A stretch of DNA of 64,000 nucleotides from the human T2T-CHM13v2.0 reference genome, Homo sapiens, in assembly GCF_009914755.1 (NCBI RefSeq), contig NC_060926.1. One strand, given 5' to 3'. A model generated the notes under the pieces. That model did no database searches. It saw nothing but the letters and a program-made list of their open reading frames with translations, and was not told where the DNA came from. Position 1 is the stretch's first letter, and the number at the start of each line of letters is the position of its first letter. The translations under genes were made by a program, and so were the position numbers. Shown here piece after piece: positions 12,512-25,690 of this stretch.

Positions 12512-13025
12512 TGTATTAATTTCCTCTTGTCGCTGTAATGAATTACCAGAAACTTAAAGGTTTAATCAACACGAATCTATTATCTTACAGTTCCAGATGT
12601 CATAAGCCCCAAACGGGTCTCACTAGACTAAAATCAAGGTGTTGGCAGAGCTGTTTTCCTTTTGGAGACTCTAGAGGAGAATTTATTTCCTTGTCTTTTA
12701 TAGATGCTAGAGGCTGCCCACACCCACTGGTTTATGGCCGCCCTCCATTTCCAAAGTCGGCAACATTGGGTTGAGTCCGTCTCACACCTAATCACTGTGA
12801 CTCTGCTTCTATCCGCACATCTCCTTCTCTGGATTTGACCCTCCTGCCAAAAGCCACCATGGGTCTTCTAGGAAGGACCCATGCAGTTAGACTGAGCCCA
12901 CCGGATAGTCCAGGATACTCTCCCCATCTCAACATTCTTACCTTAATCACATTTGCAAAGTCCTTTCTGCCATGTAAGGTAACATATTCACAGGTTCCCG
13001 GGAATACAAATAAAAGTCACCTGTA
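12512..13025 (-). mobile_element. MLT1 (ERVL-MaLR) solo LTR
   Basis: tgtattaatttcct...attatcttacagttc...aaaatcaaggtgttggcagagctg...ttgcaaagtccttt...catgtaaggtaacatattcacagg. Confidence 0.85.
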
Positions 13026-13690
13026 GGGGCGTTCTTGGTCATCAGTTGTGAAAGCCTTTGTGCTGACATAGTCACTCTTCTCCGTTTCAGCCAATTACAT
13101 ACAACCTCAAAGGGGTTGTGGTTTTTGGTCATCTGTAATGCTTGGTAATTTGTCTCTCAAGCCCAGGCTTCAGAGCAAGTTATAGCTGCTGAGCAAGCCT
13201 AGAAGACAGCCAGGGATGTGCATTCCAGGGGCCTTTAATTGGTCTTGCCCTGTCAACACTTAACGTTTAGTAATTTTCCAGAATTTATCATTAGTGTCTT
13301 TACTAATGAGCTCTGGGCACCAAGTGGGAAGAAAAAACTTTAGTGAAATTTGGAAAGATTGACTTGTGGTCTGAGGATATGCCCAGAAATGTGATAAAGA
13401 CAAAAGCCCAAAGCTTGAATCAAGTTATGTTTGCAAACTTGGGGGGCACTCAAACCTCAGGGTGCGTCCTTCACAAGCATCAGAGTCTCCTGTGTGTCTC
13501 TTCTTCTCCTCCATTCATGAAGCTCCAGTTTTGAATTAAGGGACTGCAGAGTCACTAATCCCATCATGACCATATTGACAGTGTTGTGTTGTTCACATGA
13601 CTGAAGAAGCACGGAAAGTTCTGTGAGCCTACGGCGGCTAGCCACAGGTCTGGTTTCATATGTAATCTTGGTGCATTTGTTTTATTTCAG

Positions 13691-13771
13691 GGAAAACTCG
13701 ATGCCTTGTGGGTCCTACTGAGGAAAGGATATGATCGTGTGTCTGTGATGCGTCCACAGCCAGGAGACACG
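13691..13771 (+). CDS. ANTXR1: ANTXR1 coding exon, probably exon 17 (penultimate)
   Basis: Acceptor ttgttttatttcag|GGA and donor ACG|gtagga; 81 nt, phase 0-0; [27 protein letters not shown]. Confidence 0.97.
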
Positions 13772-13798
13772 GTAGGACTCGTTAATTCATTAATGGTG

Positions 13799-13815
13799 TC
13801 TCTCTCTCTCTCTCT

Positions 13816-13847
<32 letters not shown>
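13799..13847. repeat. Compound (TC)n(CA)n microsatellite
   Basis: tctctctctctctctctcacatacacacac... starting 27 nt after the exon donor. Confidence 0.9.
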
Positions 13848-14734
13848 TATTCTTTTTCTCTCTCCATCTTTGTAGAGCTAAAATAACTTTGGATTCTAAA
13901 ACAGAGCTAGAATAACTCCAGATTTACAAATCCAGCTATTATTTCATGTTGCAACAAATCAGACATTGATTTTCAAAATGTTGGTTATTACAAGATCTTG
14001 AGTTTTGATTTGCTTTTCTGAAAAGGATTTTGACAGTAATATGTTGGGTTTAACTTCCTAGAATTTGAGCTTCTCAATGTATAGGCACAGTGAGAGAATA
14101 AAGCAGGACTGGCCCCTACTTGGGGCAGTTTCAGGAGGGAGCTCTGCTGGCCACTGGCCACACAAGCCAGTGGTGCATCACAGAGTACCAGCACTGCAAG
14201 GATGGGGTGAGGGCAAGGAAGGGGCCACAGAAAACACCTACCATCTTCCCAGCAGGTGTGGGGCCCAGCTAGCCCAGGACCAGAGGGATCTTTCACCCCA
14301 GGTGAGGATTTGTCTTGGCATTGTCAAGGCTAAGCTTGGAATATCTCTAGTCAAGAGCAGTCCTGAAAGATAGAGCCAGGGGAGACCTTAGAAACCATCC
14401 AGCCCATGGCTTCATTTTGTAAATGAAGAAAGAAAAACAAACAAAAACAAAAATCACCTAATTGCATTCTCCAAAAAACAAGAGAAGTTGAATAGCTTGT
14501 TCTGTTTCAAATAGTAACAAGTAACTTACACTGGAAACAACCTCAGTTCTGCCGAAACAACACTATCACTATTTCTTCATGTAAGAGCTAGTCTCTCTTC
14601 CTCAAGTTTTACAGATCAAAACTCAGGACCAAGTTTTCCCTCAACTACCAGCAACCTGCATCTTCCATCCATTTCTTTGGGAATCAGGCACATTAATCCA
14701 AAAACAAAATAAAAGTATCTCATTTAGAACTCCT

Positions 14735-14925
14735 TTCAAATCAAGCAGACTTGGGTTTGAACCGCCTTTCCTTCCTGGCTGGAAAGCTCCAGGCAAATCA
14801 CCTGACCTCTCTGAACTTCATCCTTATAAAGTAGATGGCACGGACTTCTTCCTACTGTGGCTGGTTGGAGAAGTAATGTTTGTAAAGCATTTGGCCCACT
14901 GTTGAACACACGGAAATGCTCAATC
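14735..14925 (+). mobile_element. MIR SINE
   Basis: gcagacttgggtttgaa...ggcaaatcacctgacctctctgaacttca...gtaaagcatttggc...aaatgctcaat. Confidence 0.7.
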
Positions 14926-14926
14926 A

Positions 14927-15218
14927 GGATGGGCACCGTGGCTCATACCTGTAATCCCAGCACTTTGGGAGGCAAAGGCAGGTAGATCACTTGAGGTCAG
15001 GAGTTCAAGACCAGCCTGGCCAATATGGTTAAACCCCATCTCTACTAAAAATACAAAAATTAGCTAGGTATGGTGGCACATGCCTGTAATCCCAGCTACT
15101 CAGGAGACTGAAGCAGGAGAATTGCTTGAACCCAGGAGGTGGAGGTTGCAGTGAGCCGAGATCGCACCACTGCTCCAGCCTGGGCGACAGAATGAGACTC
15201 TGTCTCAAAAAATAAAAA
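14927..15218 (+). mobile_element. Alu (AluS)
   Basis: Full dimer; left TSD aaatgctcaatca. Confidence 0.95.
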
Positions 15219-15243
15219 TTTTTTGTTAAGAAAGAAATGCTCG

Positions 15244-15579
<336 letters not shown>

Positions 15580-16754
15580 TTATGGTCATTTACTCTGTGC
15601 TGTTCTGCTGTCTGGGGATGGTTGATACAGAACTTCAAGCCATATTGCAGTTGGTGTGTATGGTCTCCTGACTGTCCAGCATGACACAGCTAACACTAGA
15701 GAACACTAGAGCAGAGCCCAATAGACAGGCCCTGCTACCCCCTCCCCTTGCACCTGGTGACAGTGGGTGGTTTGTAGCTGAGAAGATTTGGTCTAAAGTT
15801 TCATAGTTTATGTGAGCCACTGCCCAATTAGCTGTTCTTGCTGTGACTAGGACGGCAGGCAAGTAAAAACGTGAAACCAGCTCATATAAATGCTGGGTTG
15901 ACTTGGCCCTCATCACATATGGAATTTGAGCTTTTGTCTGTGACAGTCAACAAGACCAAATTTCTATATGAAATTTTAAATACAAACTCTACAGTTAGGA
16001 GAAACAAGCATAGGCCATAGTTAGTACTCTGGGAGGTGTTTGGTCTTATAAAGTATACATTTGCTTTCTATGGGAAATGAAGAAATTTTTTTAGCATGCA
16101 TGAGACTCCTCTGACAGATTGAGAAAAAAATAATAATAAGATCCCTAAACTAAGGTTCAGTAGTACTATTTTTTTGTGACAAGATGCTGATACAGTGTAT
16201 GACCCCATTTTTTTTTCACAGCAATTGAAAAACATCTCCACTAAAATATGTTAACATTCCATTTTCCACTGACCAGTTTGGCAGAAACCAATTCATAAAC
16301 TGGGTCAACCTAAGAAGTGGGAGGGTTATAGGAAAGAGGCTGGATAGAAAGAAATATTATCATTAATAAGACAGAAGAATCAATGCTGTTTGGGAGCAAA
16401 ATGCTGGTTATATAAATCCAAGAACAATGGAATGAAAATAAATGGAACTTCCTCTAATGAATCACACTTAAATTGAATCTCTTATTTACCAATTCTGAAT
16501 GAAAGTTTGTATTAACAGCTGAAGATGTTCCATCTGTTTTTGAGAGACATAATACCACCTTGAACTTTTATTCTCCAGCCATGCAAAATAATAGATTTGA
16601 GATATAAGAAGCTTAAGAATTTGGATACATTTGAACACACTCTCAACACTGTTACAAATTATGATTATCCAGTTTACTTTTAAGTGCCCTTTCTTTATGG
16701 AAGTCTTGCTAAAATAAGATACATGAGAGAAATCGATACAGAAAATTGTGTCCT

Positions 16755-16770
16755 TGTTGCCGTGGCAACA
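16755..16770. promoter_or_regulatory. Candidate RFX X-box
   Basis: TGTTGCCGTGGCAACA, one mismatch from the palindromic GTTGCCATGGCAAC consensus; function not shown. Confidence 0.45.
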
Positions 16771-18249
16771 GCCACACGATGTACACATGGAGTTACACAA
16801 GAAAGGTCACAGATGAGGTAAGAACCAGAATTCATAGCTGCCTATGGCTACTCAGGAAAGAATTCCAGGCGAGGCAGGGGGGGCAATATTGTAGCTCTGT
16901 CTATATGCTTCTTCTGTTTTGTTTTGCATAACCTTAGGAGACTCACTAGAGAGGCCTGCCTTGCTTGCATGGTGGTGAGTCTGTAAGAATTCTTCAGCAC
17001 TGATTTATGGAGCTGACCACATTTTCCATAAACTCAAAATGACTCCATCCAGGCATGTGCTCATGAACAAGAGTCACAGGTTCTGAATTTTTTCTTTAAA
17101 ACAAAACAAAAACAAAAATCACCTAATTGCATTCTCGGTTACATTCTAAGTTGCTTCAGACACATGTTGACCTCACAGAAACCTGGCAAATTTTCCTCCT
17201 TAGTTCCTGTCTCCTTCATCCTCCCCCCAGCTACTCCACCCCAGCCCTCCAGATGCAGACACAAGCCCACCAACAGAGCCTCTGAGGCTGCTGAAAGGCC
17301 TCCAGCTCAGCACAGAGCAGGGGCTCAGGGAGCCAGAGCCTAGAGCCACCGCCCTTCCCTGGGATTGGCACCCACCTCCTCAGAACCATCCAAGCCCCAG
17401 GTCAGGGGTGGCAGCAGGGAACACGAGTGTTTTCCATCTGCCATCACCCGTCTCCCTCTTTTTGCCTGCGGTGGGCTCATGGTCCCATTGTTCCTTGGAG
17501 CCCACCAGGAAATGCTTGGGCCAACTTAAAAGGGAAAGTGCCAAAGGAAACCACCTAAATAGCAAACCAGTAGCACATCTGATTCTAAGATTGTTAAAAT
17601 TTACTAAGCACATGGTGTCCCCTGCTCCCAGTAGGTAGCCACCACAGTGCTCCTTGTAAAACCAAACCTCAACACACCATGCCTCCACTTCAGACTTGCA
17701 AAAACTGTGGGAAAACCCAGAATCCTTAGCTTGATTTAGAAAGGCAAGCCTTTCCATTTCATACGCTACTTACCCCAGATTCCTTCATCACCTCCAAATG
17801 GGCTCTGAGCACGTGGAATTAATTGCTGGTCATGCCCTGAACATGCCAGGACATTTTGTGTCTCTGTACCTTTGCTAGGTTTCTCTGCTTGGAATGCCTT
17901 TCCCATCCTCTCTACCGAGTGAACCTAGCTTGGTAATATTGTTCATTGTTCCCACAGTTTCCTGTAAATACAAAAAGTTGCTGGCCAGACTCATGCTTGA
18001 AAGGGGGCATTGCCCAAGCAGAACACATTTGACAGAGCCTAGGTGAGAAGGTTTGGAAGTTAGAACCTCTGTCCCAGGATGGTCCAGGATGGTCCCCAAG
18101 GCTTCCTGCACAGCTTGGCCACTCTTTGAGTTCAGAAAATTTGCTCATCTTTCAAGGGCAAATGGTTGAAGGAATTTAGAATGTTCTGAGAAAGAACGCT
18201 TCAAGGGGTCATGAGAGCTTTTTAACTTACTTGGTCCATGATGATATGG

Positions 18250-19100
18250 CGTGTCATTCCACTTTGCAAGCTGTTTCTTATCACGTCACCATTGTCAAGG
18301 AATAATCTTTCCATGTCACTACATATCCTTGAATAATATCATTTTAATGACCATGTCATATTACATTGCATATCTTCCCTTTTTGGAGATTGATTTTCAA
18401 GTATCTATTATTATAAATGAAGCTGCAGTCAGTATCCTTATTGCCAAATCATTGTGCACATTCACAAATGTTTCCTTAGAATAAAAGGTCCAGCTTTCTA
18501 CTGGATCAAATAGTGTGCAAATTTTTAAAGCTTTGATACAAATGGCCAAATAATTGCCCTTCAAAAGATTATACAAATTAACCCTCACATTAGCCCCCTA
18601 TGAAACGCCCATCTCCCCAGATGCTCCTCAATATTATTAACGTACCTATTTGATTGATAGGTGCTAATTTGTATTTTTTATTATTACTGAGGTAGAACGA
18701 TTTTTTTAATGTTTATTTTCTCGTTTGTCAATTGGTTTGACTTGGCTCATTTTTCCACTGGATATTTTAGTGTTGGTTTCCTGTGATCATTTTCTTAACC
18801 CATCTTCATTCATATATTAATCAAATGTTTTGAAAGCCTACTATGTATCAGATCCTGTGCTTGCATTAAGTATGTGGTACTTAATCCTTATGACATTTAA
18901 AGTCTAACCATGTAATATATGTCCAAAGTTTTTTCTAGTTTGCCATTTACCTTTTAACTTTTTAGAAATATATTCAAGTTTTCTACAATTTTACAGTCAA
19001 ATCTATAAATATTTATGATTCCTGCCTTTTGTTTCAAATTTAGAGAAGCCTCCCCTACTTCAAGAGAACATACATTTTCACAAAAATTTTCTTCCACACT
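18250..19100 (-). mobile_element. Old L1 (L1M-type) remnant
   Basis: tattataaatgaagctgc...gtttccttagaataa...tactggatcaaa...ctttgatacaaatggccaaa resembles antisense L1M ORF2/3' sequence. Confidence 0.6.
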
Positions 19101-19496
19101 TCCACCCCCTCGGTCTGTTTTTGATGGTAATGCGAATTGTCACCTTTTCTGCATCTTCCTGAGTATTTTAGTGTAGATTTGGGAAAGGCTCCTTTGGAAG
19201 CTATGGGCCATATGTTATATTAAATGAGAAGTCCTAGAAAATTATCTTGAATGCCTTGAAGTGGATGTATTAATAGAAAGTGACTTGGATTTACTCTGGG
19301 CCATCCCATTGAACAGAGCTAGCCCCATAGGTAGAAACAATGGGGAAACAAATTTCATCAGAAAGAATTGAAGGATGCAAGTTTCAACAACACAACGGGC
19401 TGCCCCAGAGACTAATGCTCCAGGTAACTAATGTTACCAAACACGGATAAGACAAATTAACCACTAGGCCAGGACACAGGGGATTCCTGTAGCAGA

Positions 19497-19680
19497 TCAA
19501 TGGTTCTCAAACTTGAGCATCAGAATCACCTAGAAGGTTTGTTAAAGCACAGCTTGCTGAACCCATGCTCGGAGTTTCTGATTCAGAAGTTCTGGGGTGG
19601 AGCCTGGGAATTAGCATTTCTAACAAACTCCCATGTGATGCTGATGCTGCTGGTCTGGGGATTACACTTTGAAAACCAGT
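19497..19680. mobile_element. MER5A (hAT-Charlie MITE)
   Basis: tggttctcaaacttgagcatcagaatcacc...tgatgctgatgctgctggtctggggattacactttgaaaacca with terminal inverted repeats. Confidence 0.85.
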
Positions 19681-19959
19681 AAGATAAGGAACCAAACAAA
19701 CTTCAGAGTACCTCTCACCCTGAGAGTCTGGGGTCCTAAGCAATATTTCTATACTGCTTTGGCCACCAAGCCGCCCCTTTTCTATATTTCTCCATAGAGC
19801 ACCTATTGACACAACTGGGGAATAACTAGTCTACCTTAAATCTAAATATTAAGCCTCAGTGAGTTGTGAAGAAATCTCCCATCTTCACATATTCTGTTCC
19901 TAGATTACTAATTTCAAACACAGAAACATAAGGGAATTCAGAGATCAGAGCGTGGACTC

Positions 19960-20132
19960 CAGTGGTTTTCAATGTGTTTGCACATTGTTATCACCTAGAG
20001 AGCTTTCAAGGTCCCCCCCTAAAGGTTCTGTTTAATTGTTCTGTGATGAGGTCTGGGCACTTATAGGATCACCTGGGAATCACAAAGCCTCCCCAGGTGA
20101 TTCTAATGGGCATCTAAGGTTGAGAAGCAGTG
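19960..20132. mobile_element. MER5-like hAT-Charlie element
   Basis: cagtggttttcaa...tcacctagagagcttt...ccccaggtgattctaatg...ggttgagaagcagtg. Confidence 0.7.
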
Positions 20133-21169
20133 AGGTGGTCCAATTCCCTCTTTTTCACTCAGGGCAGCATCTTCTCTTTCCTTTTTGAAACAATTTAAAG
20201 GCAACTCCCCATGTTCCTTCAGAAACCCCAAGAGTAAGATAGGCTGATCACACTCTTCATGGGCTTTTAACAGTCCCTTTCCTATCAGGAAGATGGTTAA
20301 TCTAGACTGAGGCTGCCATGTCATTGCTACTGCTTGAGTAAAGAAGATGGAAAAGAGAAAATAGAACTCAGCCTCATATGTCTTTTCTGGATGGAATTCA
20401 ATCATCTACCAACCAGCCTGAGCCCTCCCCAGTCACTTTTACTCCAAATCGAACTCCATCCCACTTCACGTGCTCCCAGAGAACCCACTGGGTTTGGATG
20501 TCATCTGTTTTCAGATCTGGCATCAGGAGGCCGGTACATTCCATTACTATCTGCAAGAACAAAATACTAAAGCTCACTCAGGGCTTGTTTTGCAAGCCTG
20601 GATCTCCTTGCAACCAGAAGAGACCCAGGGAAACACACACGTAAATGTACATAAACAATGTTTGAAACTCATCTGAAGCCTCAGAGGTTGTGAAATCCTC
20701 CCCAGCTGTTTCCAATAAGGGCGTGAGGCCAGTCACATGGGCACCATGTCTCCCTACTGTCGCAGAGGCGAGAATAGCCTGGGCAGGTTATCCTCCAGGA
20801 GAGAGGTTATCCTCTGCCCAGTCCTTCTAAAGCAGATAAGCCTCCTGTAGCAGGCCTCAGAGAAAGTGTCTGCACTCTTGCATTCTCTCTCCTCTCTTCT
20901 CTCTCCTTCACATTTCCTGCATTCCCTCTTTCTTCTAACCCCTTTCCTTTTTTTCTTTTCCCTGTTCACTGCCAATTTCTAAGGCCTGCCATGGCTGCTT
21001 TCCCTCAACAAAAACCAATTGCACTCCCACTAAGAATCCATTTCTGGGCTGAGCACTAGGGATATCCATTAGCAGAGGACTAAACTCTGGCTTCCAGGAG
21101 TTCATGTATGTATGTATGTATGTATGGTGTGCAAGAGAAGAGAGTGTCATGCACTGTATGAACTGCAAA

Positions 21170-21340
21170 TGTTTACAGAAGCATAAACCCATTCACAGTA
21201 ACTTGGGGTAATGATGATCTCCATTTTAAAGAACAGAAATTGAGGCTCAGGGAAAATTACTAACTTTTCCAAGGACACACAGCTGGTAAGGAGGTCTGGG
21301 GCTTGAATTTAGGACTTTCAGACTTGAAAGTCAACACTAG
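21170..21340 (-). mobile_element. MIR SINE
   Basis: ccattttaaagaacagaaattgaggctcaggga...ccaaggacacacagctggtaag. Confidence 0.7.
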
Positions 21341-21354
21341 GGATTCCTGAACTC

Positions 21355-22850
21355 CTTCATGCATTCAACCCATAGTTGTTAGATGTCTTCTAAGAGCCAA
21401 TGAGCACTGTATTAGTGCTTGATATTCAAGATTAATGAATGAGCCCTGTCCCTGCCCTCGAGGAACAGGGACAAACAGGAAGCTCCCAAACACTGCCTGG
21501 TGTGAAAGGCTCTGTGATGGAGCTGAGCACATGAGGTGTGGGAGCTATACCCAGGAAAGGCATCTCACCAGCCTTGGAGTCCAAATGCCTTCTTGAATGG
21601 ACATTTAAGCTAAGACAAGAAGGGGGAATGGAGTTGGGGAGGTAGAATATTCTAGTGACAGGGAAGCTTGCATACAGATCTGCAGGTGAGACTGTGGCTC
21701 CTTCAGGGAGACACAAGGAGCAGGGTACAGAGGAGGACAGAGTGGGAGGCACTGAGAGGAGGGACTGTGGTGAAGAGGAACCTGAGTTGCCGGCCGTGGG
21801 AGCCTGCTCTGCCAGCCTGACGAGGCTGTACTCCACCCTGAGGACAGTAGAGACTTACTGCAAGAGTTTTAAGCAGAGGCGCAATCGGATGTGCATTTTA
21901 GAAAGGTCGCACTGGCTGCAGTGTGGACATAGCGGCAGTGAGAGAGGCTGGCACCCTGAAGTGCAGAGTGGTGGGCAAGGAAGACAGCTTGGATTCACAA
22001 GATATTGAGCAAATAATCACAGATTTGGTAACTGCCTGGGTGTAGAGGATGAGAGGGTAGAAAGTGTGAAGGAGGACCTCCAGGATTTGGCCCAAGCGAC
22101 ATTGCTGACTGTGCTGCCTGCCATTCACCAGGATGAGGACAGCTTTGCGAGGGAAGATGAGGACGTCACTTTTTAACTTGTGGAGTTCGCAGTGCCTGTG
22201 GGACATCCAAACAAAAAGGACCTGCAGCAGGTCAGGACCAGGGGGAAGCATGAAGGCATCTAGGGCAGGAACTCTCTGGGTTGCTCACTGTCAGGGTTGT
22301 GTGAAAGTAGGGACCTGCGAGTACATGCCTCCTTAAATTTTGTGCCCTAGACACCTCGCATGCCTCACCCTAGTCAGGGGGCAGTTTTGCTCCAGTGAGA
22401 GTTTTGGGCTGCAGGCAAAGATCTGAGAGTCATTGGCCATGGCAGTTGAGACCAATGTGACTAGAGGGGAAACCAGGGAGAGGGGTAGAGAGAAGAAGTT
22501 AAGCACTGAACCCTGAGAGTCACATCCTTTAAGTCAGGGTGGAGAAAAGAAATAGAGCAAGAAGACGACTAAGAAGGACCAGCCAAGAGAAAGAGAAGTT
22601 GTAAGAGGAAAGTCTGGGGTCATGGAAGCCAAGGGAAAATAATACATTATGGAGGAGGGTGGAGTGTCAAGTGATGGGAAATTAAGATGCAAACTGAGAG
22701 CAATCATCTAATAAGATTAGCAGTAAGGAGGTTATGGTGCCCTTAGTGACCCGAGCTCTGTGGGATGATGGGGTTGGGAGCAAAGCTTAACAAACAATGG
22801 GAGGGAGAGCCAAGGCAGTAGCTGGAGGAGATCTAGAATTGGAAAGAGTT
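21355..22850 (-). mobile_element. L2 LINE remnant, with a short probable DNA-transposon fragment near 22260-22380
   Basis: L2 3' end in reverse (cattcaac...ccctgtccctgccctcgagg) and a long L2-like body; boundaries approximate. Confidence 0.6.
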
Positions 22851-24084
22851 CTTTGTCTGAGTAAGACTTGAGCGTGATTAAGTGCGTGTGGCAGAGATCC
22901 AGTAGAGGAAGGGGTTGAAGACAAGAACTCACTGTTAGACTGCAGGAACTCTTAGGAGAAGGGGTTGGAGGGCTTAGGAGGAAGTGCCAGTCCTCCTTAG
23001 TGACATGGGTTGTAGATCCCAGGTATGAGTGAGAGGGCAGGAAGTGAGGACATCCCTGTGGGAAGTGATGGGCTCTGTTCTCCCTGTGATGTGGCTGGAG
23101 GAGTGGAGGAGCTGGAACTGGAGCTCCTGGAAACAGCCACACCTTGGGAACCCCATTGCTCCTATGCTGGCAGCACTTCTCCACATTCCAGAGTGAATGT
23201 CTCAGGATTAAATAAAATGGTAGGTATAAATAATTTGAAAAGATGGGAGCTTATTTTCTTCCCTTCCTTCTCCCTGAAAACTGCCATTGATTTCAGAGAA
23301 TTTTAATTACCTCTTAACCTGTAGGAAAAACTTTTTCTCAGAATTATTTTATGTTCAAACCAGCAATGACCAAAAGAACCAAGTTATCTACATATTGAAG
23401 TCTTACATGAAAGTCGTTTTTCTTGCACAATAAACAATTAAGTTTACATTAGCTCTTTATGTTGTGTAAATGGACATCTTCAGAATTCCTATCTGACACC
23501 AGGTATAAGGTCCCAACAGATCTGGAGGGAAAGTCTCCTGACCTTTTATAAATTTTTGTAAGAAACGGATCATTTTAAGAAAAAGGAAGAAAAAAGAGCA
23601 AATTATAGGAAATGTTCCTAGAGGGTGTGATTTATTCTGGCACAGCCATCTTCCCTGGATGTTTGAATTCTCTGTAGTATTCATTCAGTTCTCACCCTTG
23701 GAAGCCTCTCCTTTGCTGTCTCATTGGAGGGGGACATGAGTACTTAGAATTTTTGGCTGAGTTAGCTGAATTTAAGGAATAAAAAGTTCAAAACACTCTC
23801 TGTCCACAGCAAAAACCAACTGTACCCAAAACCTGCAAAGTTAACTTTTTTCAGAGATGTTAAACCCAAAGTTGATGCTGCAAAATATACCATCTTGGGA
23901 TTTTTTTTGCACCAACTTCCTTCTCCCATGGTAGGAACTGTCTCTGAGTAAATACGTATGAAAGCAATTGCTATGGTTGAGCAATCTTCCTCTCCCTCTC
24001 TCTTTCCCCCTCCCTCTCCCTCTCTTCCAATCCTCACAATCTGATCCCCCTTTTTCCACAAGCATTACACACTCACATTCACAC

Positions 24085-24134
24085 ACATTCCTCCTCCTCC
24101 TTATTATCACCATCATCATCATCATCATCATCAT
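24085..24134. repeat. (CCT)n/(CAT)n trinucleotide microsatellite
   Basis: cctcctcctcctt...caccatcatcatcatcatcatcatcat. Confidence 0.85.
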
Positions 24135-25309
24135 TTTGTAGCTTCTTTCAATTTCAACTTGTAGGACTTTCAACTTCAGATTGTCTCATCTCCCAAACAG
24201 CTGCAACAACAGAAGGTCGAGTCCTGGAATCAGGTTGCAAATAGCAAACAGAGAAGTAAATGCTAAGGCTGAACCAGACAGGGATGGGAATAAAGCAACC
24301 CTGTTCAAATTCTCCGACCTCATTTTTTCCCTTCCAAACAAAATCAGGATTGAGGGAGGTAGGGATTAGCTCTAGGGTCAGAATTTTACCCAAGTGTATA
24401 ATATTTTAGGAGGTTTGCTACTTTGTCTAAGCATGATGATCATGTCTAGCCACTTGGCTTCTGCGGGCCTGCTCCTCCAGCTGATGGCACCAGAAAAGAT
24501 CATCTCGAGGGACATTCAGCATCTCCGTGATGGGCCTCAATTAAGAATCATCAGAATCCATGCTGGTGGGAAGTTCTGTTCTGGCCAGAAAGTATTGGGT
24601 TAGATTATAGATGGCAAAATCTGACCTAGGAAATAGGCTTTTGAACAGTGTGGGGAAGAGCCAGCCTGCTATAAAACATCCACACACACCCATCTTCGTT
24701 CAGCATCTCCATGACCACCCCAACTCAACCTGACCCTCAGTCTCGGAGTTGGACTGGCAGTTCCTCATAATCCCAGACCCTTCATTTTAGAGGCACCAAA
24801 GCTGAGGTCTGGAAAGGTGGTCTGGAGAGATTCCCGAGCCCTCCCAGGTCCATTATCTTATCTGTTCCCCATCACCTTCTTACTTTATCCTCTTTTTAAT
24901 ATAGGAAAGATGAGGCTCAGATAAGATCTCTGCTCTTTTCAAGGTCACAAAGAGTGTTGGTGGAAATGGCAAGACTGGAAACCCACCAGCTCGACACTGC
25001 CTGGCTCTCCTTGAGTCCTCACCCCAGGCCATGAGAGGAGGATAAGCATCCAGACTCAGCCTTATCTCTTGAGGAGAAGGCAGAGTTAGTCCTTGCCGCC
25101 CAATCCCTTCCCTTCCTGTCCTCCTACCTCTTCCCACCTCCCAGTACCTTTCCATTTTTATATCCTGCCCAAGATGACATACCCATTGATATCCTCCCAC
25201 ACGGGGCTGCTCTCCTGCACAGGATGCTGTGCTCCCAGATCACCTCATGCTCTCCCTGATTCCACCTCTCGCTGCCTCCCACTTTACCACCAACACTGTG
25301 TCTAGGACA

Positions 25310-25690
25310 GAAATTCCATTCATCCAGTTAATACATCCTGAGCTCCCACTCTCCAGCAGGCACCAAGCTAGGCAGTGGGGATTTAGCATGAACAAGGCGA
25401 GATCCCTGCCCTTGTGGAGTGTACACTGGAGTGGTCAGAAAAGATCACTAAATTACAGCTCCACATGGTAGATAGTATGAGGGGGAGTTTGGAGTTCTCT
25501 GGGAGCATAGAGCCAGAAGATTTAACCCAGGCTAGGGCATCAGGGCATACTTCCAAAGAGAAGAGACCATTTGGCTGAGATCCGAAGGACAAACTCTCCC
25601 AGTGCAGGGAGAGAAGGGCCGCCTTCTAGTTGGAGGAACAGCATGTGTAAAAGGCCAGAAGGGAGAAGAACTGAGAGAGGACACACAGGC
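25310..25690 (-). mobile_element. L2 3' end
   Basis: cattcatccag...ctgagctccc...gaacaaggcgagatccctgcccttgtggag...ggaacagcatgtgtaaaggcc. Confidence 0.7.
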
